DNA of 64,000 nucleotides from Rhynchobatus australiae (GCA_034780895.1 JAUZTB010000048.1:27114938-27178937); one strand, 5' to 3'; shown: positions 25,840-38,575, counted from the stretch's first letter. The notes: a model not told the origin generated them from the sequence alone. Translations and numbers: made by a program.

Positions 25840-28017
25840 CTGTGGGGGGAACACAGCCCGGGTCAGACTCCAGCTCCCACCACCTCTGTGACCCCTCNNN
25901 NNNNNNNNNNNNNNNNNNNNNNNNNNNNNNNNNNNNNNNNNNNNNNNNNNNNNNNNNNNNNNNNNNNNNNNNNNNNNNNNNNNNNNNNNNNNNNNNNGAT
26001 GGGATGCACAAAATCCTGCATTTCCAATTCCACAAAAATAAAAGACGAAAAAGGACTTTGAATTCCAGTTCACTCTTCATTTAACAAGGCTGGTTAGATT
26101 GCTTGCTTGTCCCCTCCTCATGAATCCCCCTTTCCTGAACATCCAGTCAATAAAACCAAATGTCGGCAACTATTTTTTTTTATCCAGGTGAGTGAGTCTG
26201 GCAGCTATTGAAAATCAACTGCACAATGTTTCTGAGCACCTTCGCACTTGGATGGTCAGGCTGGGCCTGTGCTTGATTGCAAAGCCAAGGAAATCCTTGC
26301 AATGCATCATCTGGGAGACCATCTGATTCAGGTCATCTCTACTTTTTCCTTCTGAGTATTCCTCAGGTGCAAGGAAAAAGTAGCAGTTTCTATCCTTGTG
26401 AATTCCAGAAATTCTGAATATTATACAGTCATATCCCTCAGAATTTAAATTTAATCCAAGGTGACACAATATTTGAGAAGCATATCAAAGCATCAATGGC
26501 CTAGGAATTACAGCTTTCTGTGAATGGTGGAACAATCCTTGCTTCTGAACATCAGAGGTTTTGCATGTGAAAGCAGGCATCGGAGGTCAGGCAGGTGAAG
26601 AGGGCTCAACAGTGGCCAGGAGTGGCCCATACAATTTTAATGTGGGTTTTGGGGCGAGGTTTTGCAATGAAATCAATAAATTGAAATACTTACCTTCTTG
26701 GTTGCAGTCTGCAGTAGTTTCTGTAAGAACCAATTTTAGACCACAATGCATGCCTGTTTCTCCTCAACATAGCTGGGTCAATGCTGTTCAGGGTAATCCA
26801 AAAATCCAGGGAAGCTCCCAGGGGCATTAGGCATCTTATTTGAGCATACAAAGAATCTAACATCTACTTCAGTCACTGTTGTATTTCTTTTGCAACTCAT
26901 TTCTGGCTCATAGTGAACACATCGTATTGCGGACTTAGAAGGCCAATAAGTTAGTAACATCTGCAGAAACAACAGTGAATGACCATTCCTATTTGTGTAG
27001 CAAGCTCTTAAACCAAAAGTAATGTGGGGATTTATTCTTCTAACACAATCAATTTATCACCACGAGATAAAATATTCTGAACATGTGTGAGAAAGCTAAT
27101 CAATGATTGGAGCCTGCAATTTACAAATTCTTTCAATTATGAGAAGCTCTCTATTGAACCATGACTGCACCCGATCTTTAATGAATATTTAAAAGTCTGT
27201 TTCCTTAAAAGAGTCAACTATTGGCTTACAAAAACAATGTGGGGTAGAAATATGTTTAGCACTAAGCCAAAGCCTGTGGTATGAAACAGGTCACTTATTA
27301 TACATTGATTGTAGAATATCCAGTCACACTGACTTCAATAAATAGCAGGTGTAACAGGAGACCCATGCAACATCTCTCCTGTTTAGTTTTCCCATCCAAT
27401 TCATCTTCCACATTCTTTGACTCAGTGACTACAATGCCAGAGGTGATCCAGTACTTTATCATAATCTTTATGTAAACTGCACTCGTGTCCGATACCAATA
27501 GTTGCTGGAAATTCGAGATTTCAAAATGAACAATCTGGAACATGCTGCATCAGCAATTAATATTTTCTTGGCTGAATATATCTGTGCAGTGGCTCACTGG
27601 TGCTTACTGTTCTAACCACCTCTTGCTCCATGCACATCTAGTGTTCACAATTGAGAGTCATATGACAGCAATACAGATATGAGAAGGTTTGCCAAAAGAA
27701 CTGAAGATTGCCGTCATTACCTGATTAAACACTCGCTATTGTATGAATAACTATATAGTGCTATTGTAGAAATGACTCAACCATCTAAACAGTGCAATGC
27801 CAGATCTCTCAGATTTTTTTGTAATTAAAAACCAATAGTTTGCTTCTGCTCTACAGTTTAAATTTTGCAGTCTACAGTGAACTCGACAATACAACCTGAA
27901 CATCTCTTCTAAACATCTCAAATTTCACCTGGGCTGTCAGATAAAGCGCAAGATGCAACAGTTACTTTAGGACACAGATCCATGTCATTACCCAGCCACA
28001 TGGCACANNNNNNNNNN

Positions 28018-28155
28018 TCAGCCTGATTTTTCATCCGAGGCATTTGGATCTGAAGGCAAAGAGCGTGATTTACATTGCGATAATGAATGACGTGCTGACA
28101 ATCTGGACGGAAAGCAGGAGGTGAGTGACTGAGATGTACAATCACATGATGCTTC
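28018..28155 (-). CDS. SOGA1: SOGA1 terminal coding exon with stop
   Basis: cttgtgcag|GAA. EASCDCTSQSLTSCFPSRLSARHSLSQCK...DEKSG then TGA at 28020-28018; resembles SOGA1 DAVCDCSTQSLTSCF. Confidence 0.9.
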   Translation of the reverse strand, partial: EASCDCTSQSLTSCFPSRLSARHSLSQCKSRSLPSDPNASDEKSG

Positions 28156-28873
28156 CTGCACAAGAATATGAATGAGATTCAATGTCAATAGTAAGCAAAA
28201 GAAAATTTTACTTTACAAACATGTTCAGAATCAGAATAAAATATCTTAAATCTCAATTCAAAACCTAGGCTTAGAAACTACTGTTGGTGATTGGTAAGCA
28301 TTTTAACAAGCTGACAAGATGTTTCTACTTCTAATATTTTTCAGAGACATCACTCCATATAAAATAAATGTACCCCTACTTGCACTGAACTAGCAGAGAA
28401 ATGCCATTAATAAATGGCATAATAAATTATTGCCAAGAGCAATTTCATTATCAGGAAAAAATATGGTGTTATGGCTGGGGAGTATTTCCTGCATTTATTG
28501 TCACCATCATGAGTAACAGCAACTCCAACAACACACTGATGTCCCACCCCTCTGGTCCAACATTCATTAACCTGTATCAAACAACATGCATGTGGTTTAC
28601 AATAAGTACATGCAGTAAAACTCTGATAATCTGGCACAGTCAGGACTTTGGTGCCAGAGTGGCAGATTGTCCAGACTATTGGATATTAAATAAAAACCTA
28701 GCATAGTCATGATAGGCTGAATAGTACTTCAATGCAGTTACATTTTATAGTCATGTCCTAGTTCTTAAATGTTTACAAACAGCAGAAATGCTCCCTGTTG
28801 AAATATTGTTGGATGTGGAATGGCTTTAAGAAATGACACTTTAAATGAGACAGAACTGCAAGTAAGACTTTAC

Positions 28874-30332
28874 CTCAAACAGACCAGAAGCTCCACCAGC
28901 ATCCCGTGCATCTGGATCTTTAGCTCCCTGGGCTGGAGTGGGTGTTGGTGGTTTTTGGTCCTCCTTGTTTGGTTGCTTGGGAAGCCTTTTGTTAACGGTA
29001 CGGGAAACACTTTCTACTTGTGTGTGGCCCGATGGAGTGGTCAAATCTGCTTTTCTGACACTTTCATCAGAGACTGGAACTTTTATTGGTTTCTCGGCTC
29101 CATTTGCTGGACTCTGGGATCTGCCACACACATTCCTGAAAAACTCCTGAACAATCCCATATCTTGACGTGTCCCCTTTTGTTTTTGCTTCATGCTGGCT
29201 TGATTTCCAAATTGAGTCAACACTTCCAGAGGTGTGCTCAACAACATTGAACAAACTGGAGAGCCCATCGTTGATAGAACTAAGCACTGGGCTATCCCTG
29301 GTAGTTGTTGACCTGGCCCAGGCTGACTCATTCTGTCCTCTATGAGACATGGCCCACGGACTACGCTCCCTTGCATGATCTATTTTTGATGAGCTTCTTC
29401 GCTGCAGCTTGGGAGAGCCATACTTTGGCGAACAGCAAGGACGTTCAAACTTAGTTGGCACCTTTTCCAAAGAGGAAGAGAGTTGTTTGCTACGGGAACT
29501 CTGGGTTGGCATTAGCAAGGAGCCTCTTGATGCCCAGGATCGGTGAAGACTGCTAGAGAGTGATCTTGGACTCTCAGTCTGCAGCCCAATGCTAATAGTC
29601 CGGGTGGTCTGAGTACCCACACTGACAACTCCAACGGTCTGGCTTGCAGTATCGTTAACTTTCCTCTCCAGTGGGTTTGTGCAAATAACGTTCCTGACAC
29701 AATTGGCCACCTCCTTCATGTCATCACTCATGTTACCTGATATTTGCAGATCATGCAGGGCAGAAGAAAACCCAGAAGCAGCAGTAGCAGGAACAGAAAT
29801 GGGATGCTCTCCACTGCCGTTTTTCAGCAGATCCTGGTGCTTGGAGAAGTTATTAAACCACGTGTTGCACACATTTTCCGAGCTGAGGTCGGAATTGCCA
29901 GTTTGTTTGGGCTTCGCCATGGTGAACAGGAAACCTGGTTCAATCATAATCTTTCCTTCGTTGTTTTGAACCAAAGAACCATCCATCCTGCGGACAACAG
30001 GTGGACTGTAGTTAATCCGACTGCCCGTTCTGTCTGGTGCTGTGTAACTCCTCTGCATTTGCTTTTTGTTGAGTTGTGGATTAACCAGATTTGCAGCCAT
30101 GGTGAAGTCCCAAGATGAAATTACAGGCATTTCAGTTTTCGATTGCTTGGTTAGCTTGTCCTCTGATTTCTCATATAAGGAATCATCATCATTAGTCGTG
30201 TGTTTCCGATTCTTTTTGTTCAACTCCTCCAGATTTTTTAAGCTTTTTGGGGAGGGGCCAGTTGAGGGTGGTAAATATGGAGATGTATCCAGTAAGCTCT
30301 CAAACTCAGACATTGAAGAAACTGACTTGGCT
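28874..30332 (-). CDS. SOGA1: SOGA1 large C-terminal exon (1459 nt)
   Basis: tttttag|AGCC...GAG|gtaaag. KSVSSMSEFESLLD, MQRSYTAPD, EGKIMIEPGFLFT, SGNMSDDMKE, ERPCCSPKYGSPKLQRR, SAWARSTTTRDSPVL and YGIVQEFFRNVCGR are hallmark SOGA1 motifs. Confidence 0.95.
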
Positions 30333-30839
30333 CTAAAAATAATGTATTTAAAAATGAATTATTTTCCTTGCACGAAATAAAAGAATGGGCTAAGGAATGA
30401 ATTATAGTGCCAACCTGACTTTATTTTTAATTTGGCAAGGCAAGTTACCAAGGGAATTCAGTGATTTACAACTGAAACACAAGTAAGGTACTACGTATTG
30501 CACTGTAAAGAAAATAAGAAGCAACTCTGTTAACTCCAAATCCCGTGTAAGGGTGGACTTCCCATGCCACTCAGGACTGGGTGTAAATGAATTGAGAGTG
30601 CATGATATTGGAGAATAGAAACAATCGCAGGGTGATGCTAATCTCATATGGTGATGTAGAGTACTGTAAACTACAGGGAAATCTGCTATGGTTCTTTCAA
30701 TTTAGTTAGCATCTCTCCCACATTCATTGAAATTATTAACCTCAGCATTTAGGTTACACACAAAGGGGGTCTATTGTTATTCCTGTAGAAAGTTAAGCAT
30801 TGATAATAACTTAAGTTGTTAAAACAATAAAGCAATTCC

Positions 30840-31110
30840 ATTGGGTAGATACAGAAACAAATTCCTCTTATGGGGTAATCCACGAGAAATACAATCTTAA
30901 AAATAATATTGCAACTACGTCATCAGATTTTCACCCAAGAGATATTGGAAATCTGAACCACAGTGCCTCAAGAGTGTGGAACGTTTTGTCAATTGAAAAT
31001 TTCAAAGACTGTCAGATTCTAAAGGGACATGGAACTTGGGGAATAACTGGAGCTGACCGACAGATCATCTACGAGGGACTGCATGATCTACTTCTCTTGC
31101 TATTCTCATC
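30840..31110 (+). mobile_element. Old CR1 3' fragment
   Basis: gggtagatacagaaa...ttggaaatct...gggactgcatgatctacttctcttgct, a degenerate CR1 3' end. Confidence 0.45.
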
Positions 31111-31308
31111 CATTCCTGTGTATCAGAAATTTCACATTTTTATGAGGGTCAGCTCAATACAAAAGAAAATGTAAGTAAAAGTTGGTTAATTTTGACTGTG
31201 GCCAAGTATCAAACTTGGGATGAAGCAAAGGAACTGCCAAGTAGTGCTGATTTTATGCTAAAAAGTTTTCTACAATTACAATCTAATTTCTTAATCTGCA
31301 ATATTTAC

Positions 31309-31379
31309 CGTTGTAAATTAGTTCCCTTTGCTTCCAATTCATCAGAAGTTTCTTTTATGTTGTTTCTATGTTGCAGCAT
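31309..31379 (-). CDS. SOGA1: SOGA1 small coding exon (71 nt, phase 0-2)
   Basis: ttttttcag|ATG...CG|gtaaat. MLQHRNNIKETSDELEAKGTNLQR; the phase-2 end matches the start of the next exon (R-AKSVSSMSEF). Confidence 0.8.
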
Positions 31380-34284
31380 CTGAAAAAATACAAACAGGTA
31401 ATGTTACTTAGAAATAATAAAGTGGCTACGTGCAGGCTCTGGTTAATCTATTTTGATTTCCCTAAAATTACACAGACTATATCTGAAGGTCACTTAGCAT
31501 CTGGAAAACCCACCTAATCCCTGTGCTAGGCTGACAATAAAACCCTTGAGTACCAATGCCACAAGGCCTCTGCAGGTCTTTGATCTTCTGCTTCATTCAA
31601 CTGAGACAGCAATTATTCTTCTTAGGCAGTGCCTCAGGGTTGAGGATGACTTAAATGCAGCAATTACACACAGCAGAGTTGAGTGGGGAGGTGGTGGATT
31701 TTCCCCCAAATGCTGTGTAATTTTCAAACGCTGTCTAAACCCATTTGGAAACAGTGCAAAGAAAATTTTCTACCATACTTTTATTTTTAAAAATCTGATT
31801 CAAAAAGGAAGTCTAGTGACCTGCAGGAATTCAGTGTAACCAGGACAATGCAATTTGGTGTGGTGATAGATTAATTCCTCTCAATCTTAAAACAAGTCAA
31901 AGCTTTTTATCTGTAATTAATAATCCACAATTAATGCAGCATTTTCATGTTTCTCAAGNNNNNNNNNNNNNNNNNNNNNNNNNNNNNNNNNNNNNNNNNN
32001 NNNNNNNNNNNNNNNNNNNNNNNNNNNNNNNNNNNNNNNNNNNNNNNNNNNNNNNNNNACAATTAATGCAGCATTTTCATGTTTCTCAAGATTCAAAGTG
32101 AATCATTACAGAGAAGTAATGTGAGATTATTTTTCCCTCCCAAAAATAAGAAAATATTCTCCGGCATTGTATCTGTGGAAATCCAGCATTTTGTTCTTAT
32201 CTTCTACACTGTAATCTTGTATGCTTTTAGATTCAAACTACTTCCTTTCTCTAAAACGAAAGCACCATTGCATTTAGTGAGTTGAATATTGGATACCTGC
32301 AAGAGGATCCAATCATACTTTTTCCTCCTTTAGGCAAGAGATTTTCTTTTCAGTAGAGTTATTGCAATGCTCAATTTCCAGGCAAGGTAAAGAGAAGAAG
32401 CTCCAATTCACTGGGACCTCCTGTGCATTGCCAGAAATACAACCTGATGGGACATGCCTGGACAAGGTGCAGGCTCGGCAAATCATGAATTGAAGATGGG
32501 GAATATTACTAGTCTCCAATCTAACTGCTAATGCTATAGGATAAAGGACCATGCTCCTGAGAAATTCAAGGCACAAGAGCAGATTAAAAATTGAAAATTA
32601 GACTCTAGTTTCCAATAGTTAGGTTTCCAATATTGCCTCCCTGACAATCTTTAAAATCTCAAGACCATCTAATTGCCATTTTCCATAGCAGCTGGAGGGA
32701 ATGATTCCAATAGCCAAGAACAACAGGTGCATCCCTGCTTGCACCCCTATCGCACTGTGTGTCTATTCACATGCATTCCCATTAAAATAGGACGCTGAGC
32801 AAGTATTTCCACAGAGTGGGAAGGTTTTGTTTATGCTGTGGCAAAATACATCAAGCCTTACTATGGCATGACACAAGTTCATTTGATATGCACAAATACC
32901 CGATAGGGAAATTAGAATGGGGAAATCAGGCTGATTTTTTTTTTGCATTGATACACTGACACCCATGGCATCACTCCTGTAGACAAGCAAAATGACAGCG
33001 TCACCTTGGCCCTTTTTATATTAAATAATTATGAATAAGTTTGCTGCACGATATTGGGATAAGTAGAATGAGATTAGTTCATTCATTTCGTGGTGTGTGA
33101 GTTCTGACAGTTTCATATAACATGGTGCTGTCTCTTTACGATTTGTCTCAGACATGTGAAATCTAAGCTATCACTTGTAATTAATTCCTTGCAAATGCGT
33201 TGTCTGGCACAGGATCTTGCCTGGTACTTTAGTGGCTTTGGTCTTTTATTCACCTGAGCAGTAGATATAATGATTTGGATGCCAAATTTTCACCATGCAG
33301 AGCATTTGAGTGGTCCCTCCTGTGTCACCAAAATATGTTCCTAAAAAGGTGGCGAGCAGTATCCAAGTGAGCTTTCCAGCAGCACTCCTGCGTTTTCCTA
33401 AGCAATGTATACACGTTCTATTATTCAGTAAACTTGCTGCATCAGCATTTGCCTGGACATTGTGGTAATACTTACATTTAGCGGTATCCTAATTGCAATT
33501 AAATATTAGGATAACTACACCATCATGGTACAACTCACAATTTAGTACTGCTTGTCCCATCAAAACCACAAACTCCCCAGAGAACAGAGTTTAGTGATGC
33601 TAACAGTGTGAAGAATGCTAAATGGGATTGTTTATATCCTAGGGGCTTGGGACAGCTTTACACTATGGTAGTGCCTTCCTAAAGCAAGTGCATTCCATTG
33701 TTTTTTTATAAATTCATAAATTTTAGGAGACAAAATCTTGCAGACAGCAGTAATTTTTTTTGGTTTGTTCCCNNNNNNNNNNNNNNNNNNNNNNNNNNNN
33801 NNNNNNNNNNNNNNNNNNNNNNNNNNNNNNNNNNNNNNNNNNNNNNNNNNNNNNNNNNNNNNNNNNNNNNNNNNNNNNNNNNNNNNNNNNNNNNNNNNNN
33901 NNNNNNNNNNNNNNNNACCATAAAAATTAGTTAATATTCATTATCTACTGGATACATCTCACCACCGCCAATAGCTCAACTACTGCAACACACGGCATTC
34001 CTAGTGTGGCAGGGAAATGGGAATTCACATTCTTTGCTCTGCTGTACCACACACCAACATTCAGGCAGGTAGGTTTACACATGGTGGGAACTCAGAGAAA
34101 CCTGGCAAAAAGCAGGGATCTTGAGTTTCCTAGTGATGGTGCTGTCAGAGCCAGCAACCCCTTATATATTTTGGGGGCCACAGCACTGGAACCTCAGTTT
34201 CATTCTGAAAATGATACCACAGAGCTAGAAATACTTTGAGAGCAATAAGATTTTTGAGTCATGAAGAAACTCTTTTGTACTTAC

Positions 34285-34536
34285 CTGATTGATCTTGTGT
34301 TGCATTTCCTTCAGACGTTGCTCACTGTGGCTCCGTTCATTGTTAAATCGATCCAGTAACTCTAACTTTTCTTGACTCCAGTTCTTCTCACTGATTTGAA
34401 GCTGCTGTGTTAGATCCATTACTGCACTGTAGGACTCTGCGAGTAGCTGCTGATGTTCTTCCCTCTCCCACTTCAAAGCAGTCTTCAGATCACCAGGAGA
34501 TTTCTCAGAAGCCAGTTTCCCAGCCCTACCTTCCAG
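34285..34536 (-). CDS. SOGA1: SOGA1 coding exon (84 codons)
   Basis: aaaacag|CTG...CAG|gtaagt. LEGRAGK...[38 protein letters not shown]...KINQ. Confidence 0.92.
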
Positions 34537-34959
34537 CTGTTTTGGGACAGTTAAACATTCAGTTCCTTACTCTGAATCCCAGCATTTTTTTTTTCTAAAG
34601 CTTCCTGATTCTAACCCTTAACAGTGCAATGACATGCAAAAGACTTGGTTCTTGCGATTTGATGGATGATGTTACACCCCTGGTGATTTCCAGTGCTTTT
34701 CCTGTACTTCTGGCACTTACATAAAACGTATAACAAAAACACATTCCTCGCTTTACTTTTTAAAACAACCTTTGGTTTACTGATTTTATAAAATAAAATT
34801 GTGTACTTCAAACATTTTCTGGAATGTAGATAATTCCCACTTGTCTGATTACACAGGAGTGAACTCTGGAGTCTTCTTACTAGAAGCAGGGAATTGCAAC
34901 AGAGAGGGACCACTATAACACCATTGCTCTGGTTCTTTCTGCCATGGTTACTACAACTT

Positions 34960-35310
34960 AAATATTCTCTCTGTGATCTGCATGAGTTTCCTCTGGGTGC
35001 TCGGTTTCCTTCCACATCCCAAAGATGTGCAAGCTGATAGGTAATTGGCCACTGTAATTGCCTCTCNNNNNNNNNNNNNNNNNNNNNNNNNNNNNNNNNN
35101 NNNNNNNNNNNNNNNNNNNNNNNNNNNNNNNNNNNNNNNNNNNNNNNNNNNNNNNNNNNNNNNNNNACTGTAATTGCCTCTCGTGTGTAGGTGAGTGATA
35201 GAATCCAGTGGAGAGTTGATGGAAACGTAGAGAGACTTAAATAGGATTAGTGTAAGTGGGTACTTGATGGTCAGCACAGTCTGTTTCTGTGCCGTATGCC
35301 TCTGTAACAA
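34960..35310 (+). mobile_element. V-SINE with CR1-like tail
   Basis: gtttcctctgggtgctcggtttccttccacatcccaaagatgtgc...ctgtttctgtgccgtatg. Confidence 0.7.
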
Positions 35311-35959
35311 GCACAGCTTCCCTGATAAAAATGAATTCCAGGATTAGATTTTTGGGTCACCATGTCCTAGAGGAGACAGTAAAATCTTTTAACTTTCAGT
35401 GCACAAGTCCCTGTATTTGGAGTGGGGCCTGTGATATGTAAACCTACTTGATTATCCACTGACAGCAGGATATCATCTGACTTCAAGAATATTACCAGAA
35501 AAGCAAACATAAAAGATTATATGGAGAATGACTGAAATCTGCTATCAACATTTTCAGAACAAAACTGAGGTATCTCCTCATCAACCGAGTATTCTCTACA
35601 TGTCCCTGCCACAAACAGACAGACAAATAGTTCTCAGCTGATGTGGTGAGCACAGAGGCCAGGAGCATTTTCTGCATCCACAGTGACACAAACGCATATT
35701 TAACTGAAAGAATCCATCTCATTTCCATGCCTCATTCTGCTTCATTGTTTAGACTCAAGATTTTTATCTCAGAGAAGCTGCTCCTAAGAGACTGCAATCT
35801 TTATCCATTTCTAATATGAGCAAGTCTCGGATGACAAATGTTTTCTTCTGACTCAGGCTTTATTACAACAAATATCCCCAGTGAGGTCATCCAAGAAATG
35901 GTACGGTTCTGACTCTTAACCCTGAAATACAGGAAGACAGCCTAAAGAATAGACAGATG

Positions 35960-36670
35960 CGTGGTGTCTTACAGGACCTCAGAACATCCCAAAATCCTTT
36001 ACATGCAATGAAACATATTTGATGTGCAGTCACCATGATCATCTTCTTAGGCAGTCCCTCAGGACTGAAGATGACTCACTTCCACTCTGGTTTTGTGTGC
36101 CCTGAAAGGACTGACTGTACACTAATACAATGCTTCTATGCTCCCAATGTACAAATTCAAGGATTCTCGATATCATCCTGATTATTCCTCCTCCACTTTC
36201 AGAGATCATGGGTCAGGGATTTCCAAAAGTCAGTGGGGAAGGCTTTGAACACATCCTCGAATCTTTTTCTCGGCATTCCTTGTAATCCCTTTCCAGAACA
36301 GAGCTTGGAATATAATGTCTGTTTCAGGAGTCATGACAGTTAATTTGCTTATAACGAGCTTTAAAGAAGAACTGTGAGATAAGGAGTAGTTAATTTCCTT
36401 ATACTGATGTCGACTGAGGATTAAATTTTGGCCAGTATGCCGGAAATATCTCCTTTTCTCTTCTTCACAACAGTGAGATGGGATCTTACAAGATCATCAG
36501 AGATAGACGAGTCTGTATTTAAGATCTCATTTGGAAGATGGCAACACTGATAGGACTTCTTCAATCCTGCTCTGGAATATTGATCTAGATCTGTGCTATC
36601 AGGACTAGAACCTTGAATTTTCAAAAGGTGAGAACGCTACCTATTGATATATGGGCTGATACCTACAAAC
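35960..36670 (-). mobile_element. DeuSINE (SacSINE1/AmnSINE1-like) split by an RTE-like fragment at ~36040-36330
   Basis: gacctcagaacatcccaaaatcctttac..gcaatgaaac...tgtgcagtcac (reverse of the Deu-SINE tail) and aaattttggccagtatgccgg...gagatgggatctt (reverse of the Deu domain). Confidence 0.55.
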
Positions 36671-37099
36671 CATATCATATTGACTATCATGTATCACAAT
36701 AGATTGTAATTTCTTCTTTCAGATTGAAATGTTCTTGGTGGTTGTGGAGTAAAGGTGAAGGTAACAGTCTATGATGATTTTGGGGATATGAAAAATAGAC
36801 CATTTTAGGGCTGAATGGAGATGCAAACAAGTGATTGTTTACAGATTGTTTAGCTTACAATAACTTGAATACGGCAGTCTGGTTTGACACATTTGTACCT
36901 TACCAATCAAATAATCTTTATTTCAAAGGCTGCAAGTGTTACAGACTAACATTTGCACCGCAGTTTAGACCAAGAAAGGCCTAATATGAATGCAAACTTA
37001 ATTCTCCATTTATTTCTGGCATCAGAATCTTGATGTTATAAAATTTCTCACAGATGAGTAATGATAAAAAAGGTCAAGTAACCTGCTGGAACTCATCAA

Positions 37100-38575
37100 C
37101 AATTTCAAATCAAATTGTTCTAGTCCACTTACAACACTGAGGACTGCCTGGCAATGTGGAAAATTAGCTAGCTATCTCCTGTTCACAAAAAGGTCAAATC
37201 CAATCCAGCTATTTATGGTCCAATCACTCTACACTCAAGCATGAGCACACTGATGCTCCTGAAGATGGATCAAAGAGCTGAATCTCAGGGGTGAAGTGAG
37301 AGTGGCTGCCTTAACATCAAGGAAGCATTTGACAGAATGTGGTGTCATAGATCCCTAATGAGAAAGGGTATCAAGAGTAAACACTCCAGTCATATCTCCG
37401 ACAAAGTAAGATGGTTGTTGTTAGAGGTCAATTGTCCCAGCCACAAGCTATCAATGAGGGAGTTCCTCAGAGCATTGTCCTGAGCACAACCATCTTCAGC
37501 TGACTTTCCTGTCATCATAAAGCCAGAAGTGGGAACGTTCATTGTTGAATGACATAGACAAGGTGAATGGTCATAGTCCTTTTCCTAGGGAGTCTAAACC
37601 AGAGGGATAGGTTTAAGGTGAGAGGGGAAAGATTTAAAAGGGACCGGAGGGGCAATTTTTTCCACACAGGGGCTGGTGGGTAAATGGAACAAGCTGCCAA
37701 AGGAAGCTGTAGAAGTGGGTTCAATTACAACACTTAAAAGAAATTTTAGGGAGATATGGCTACGAAAGATTTAGAGAAATATGGGCCAAATACAGGGAAA
37801 TGGGATTGACTTAGACAGGCATCATGGCTGGCATGGATGAGTTGGGCCAAAGGGCCTGTTTCTTTGCTGTATAACCTTGACTGCAAAATATTTAATTCCA
37901 TTCCAAACTCTCAGAAGATGAAGCATCTGTGCCTGTAAACTTAGATAACATTCAGGAATAAGCTGATACGTGTTAAGAAACACATGTGCTGTTGAATTGC
38001 CAGACAATGACCATCTCCAACAAGGCAGAATCTAACCACCTACCCTTAGCATTCAATAGCATTATCATTGCTGAGTCCTGAGGGTCATCATTGACCAGAA
38101 ACTCCACTGACTAGCCACTTTAGATACCACGGCTACAAGAATTGATCAGAGGCTGTGTATCCTGTGGTGAGTGACTCAACTCCTGGCACACCATCTACAG
38201 GCATGAGTCAAGAGCATGATGAAATATTCTCCACTAGACCACATCTAACAATATTCAGAAGCTGACAAAGCAGCCCTGTTAGTTGGTATCCCCCTCCACC
38301 ATCCCATTGGCTGCAGTGTGCATTATTTATTGAACGCACTTTCGTTGCAGCTGTTGGCTACTCCGACTGCACTCATGCAGCAGGCACATAGGAGCATCAT
38401 CATTTGCAGTTTCTCCTCCATGTAGCTGTTGCTGGCTCTAAATCTTGGAACTCCCGTCCCAACCGCATTGTGGGAGTACCTTCACCAGAAAGCTTGCCGT
38501 GGTTCAGAGTGGCAGTTCTCAAGAACATGTAGGGAATGGGAATAAATGCCAGCATAGCCCACATCCCAAAAAATA
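37100..38575 (+). mobile_element. Degenerate CR1/L2-group LINE with a nested CR1 3' end at ~37550-37882
   Basis: ttaacatcaaggaagcatttgacagaatgtgg (DIK.AFDR.W-like), ggagttcctcagagcattgtcctg (GVPQ.SVL-like), tail gggaataaatgccagc. Confidence 0.7.

Larger units (their letters stand above)
24300..25897. other. GC/CpG-rich block containing the nectin-like exons
   Basis: Abundant CpG and G/C runs, in sharp contrast to the AT-rich SOGA1 region. Confidence 0.7.
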
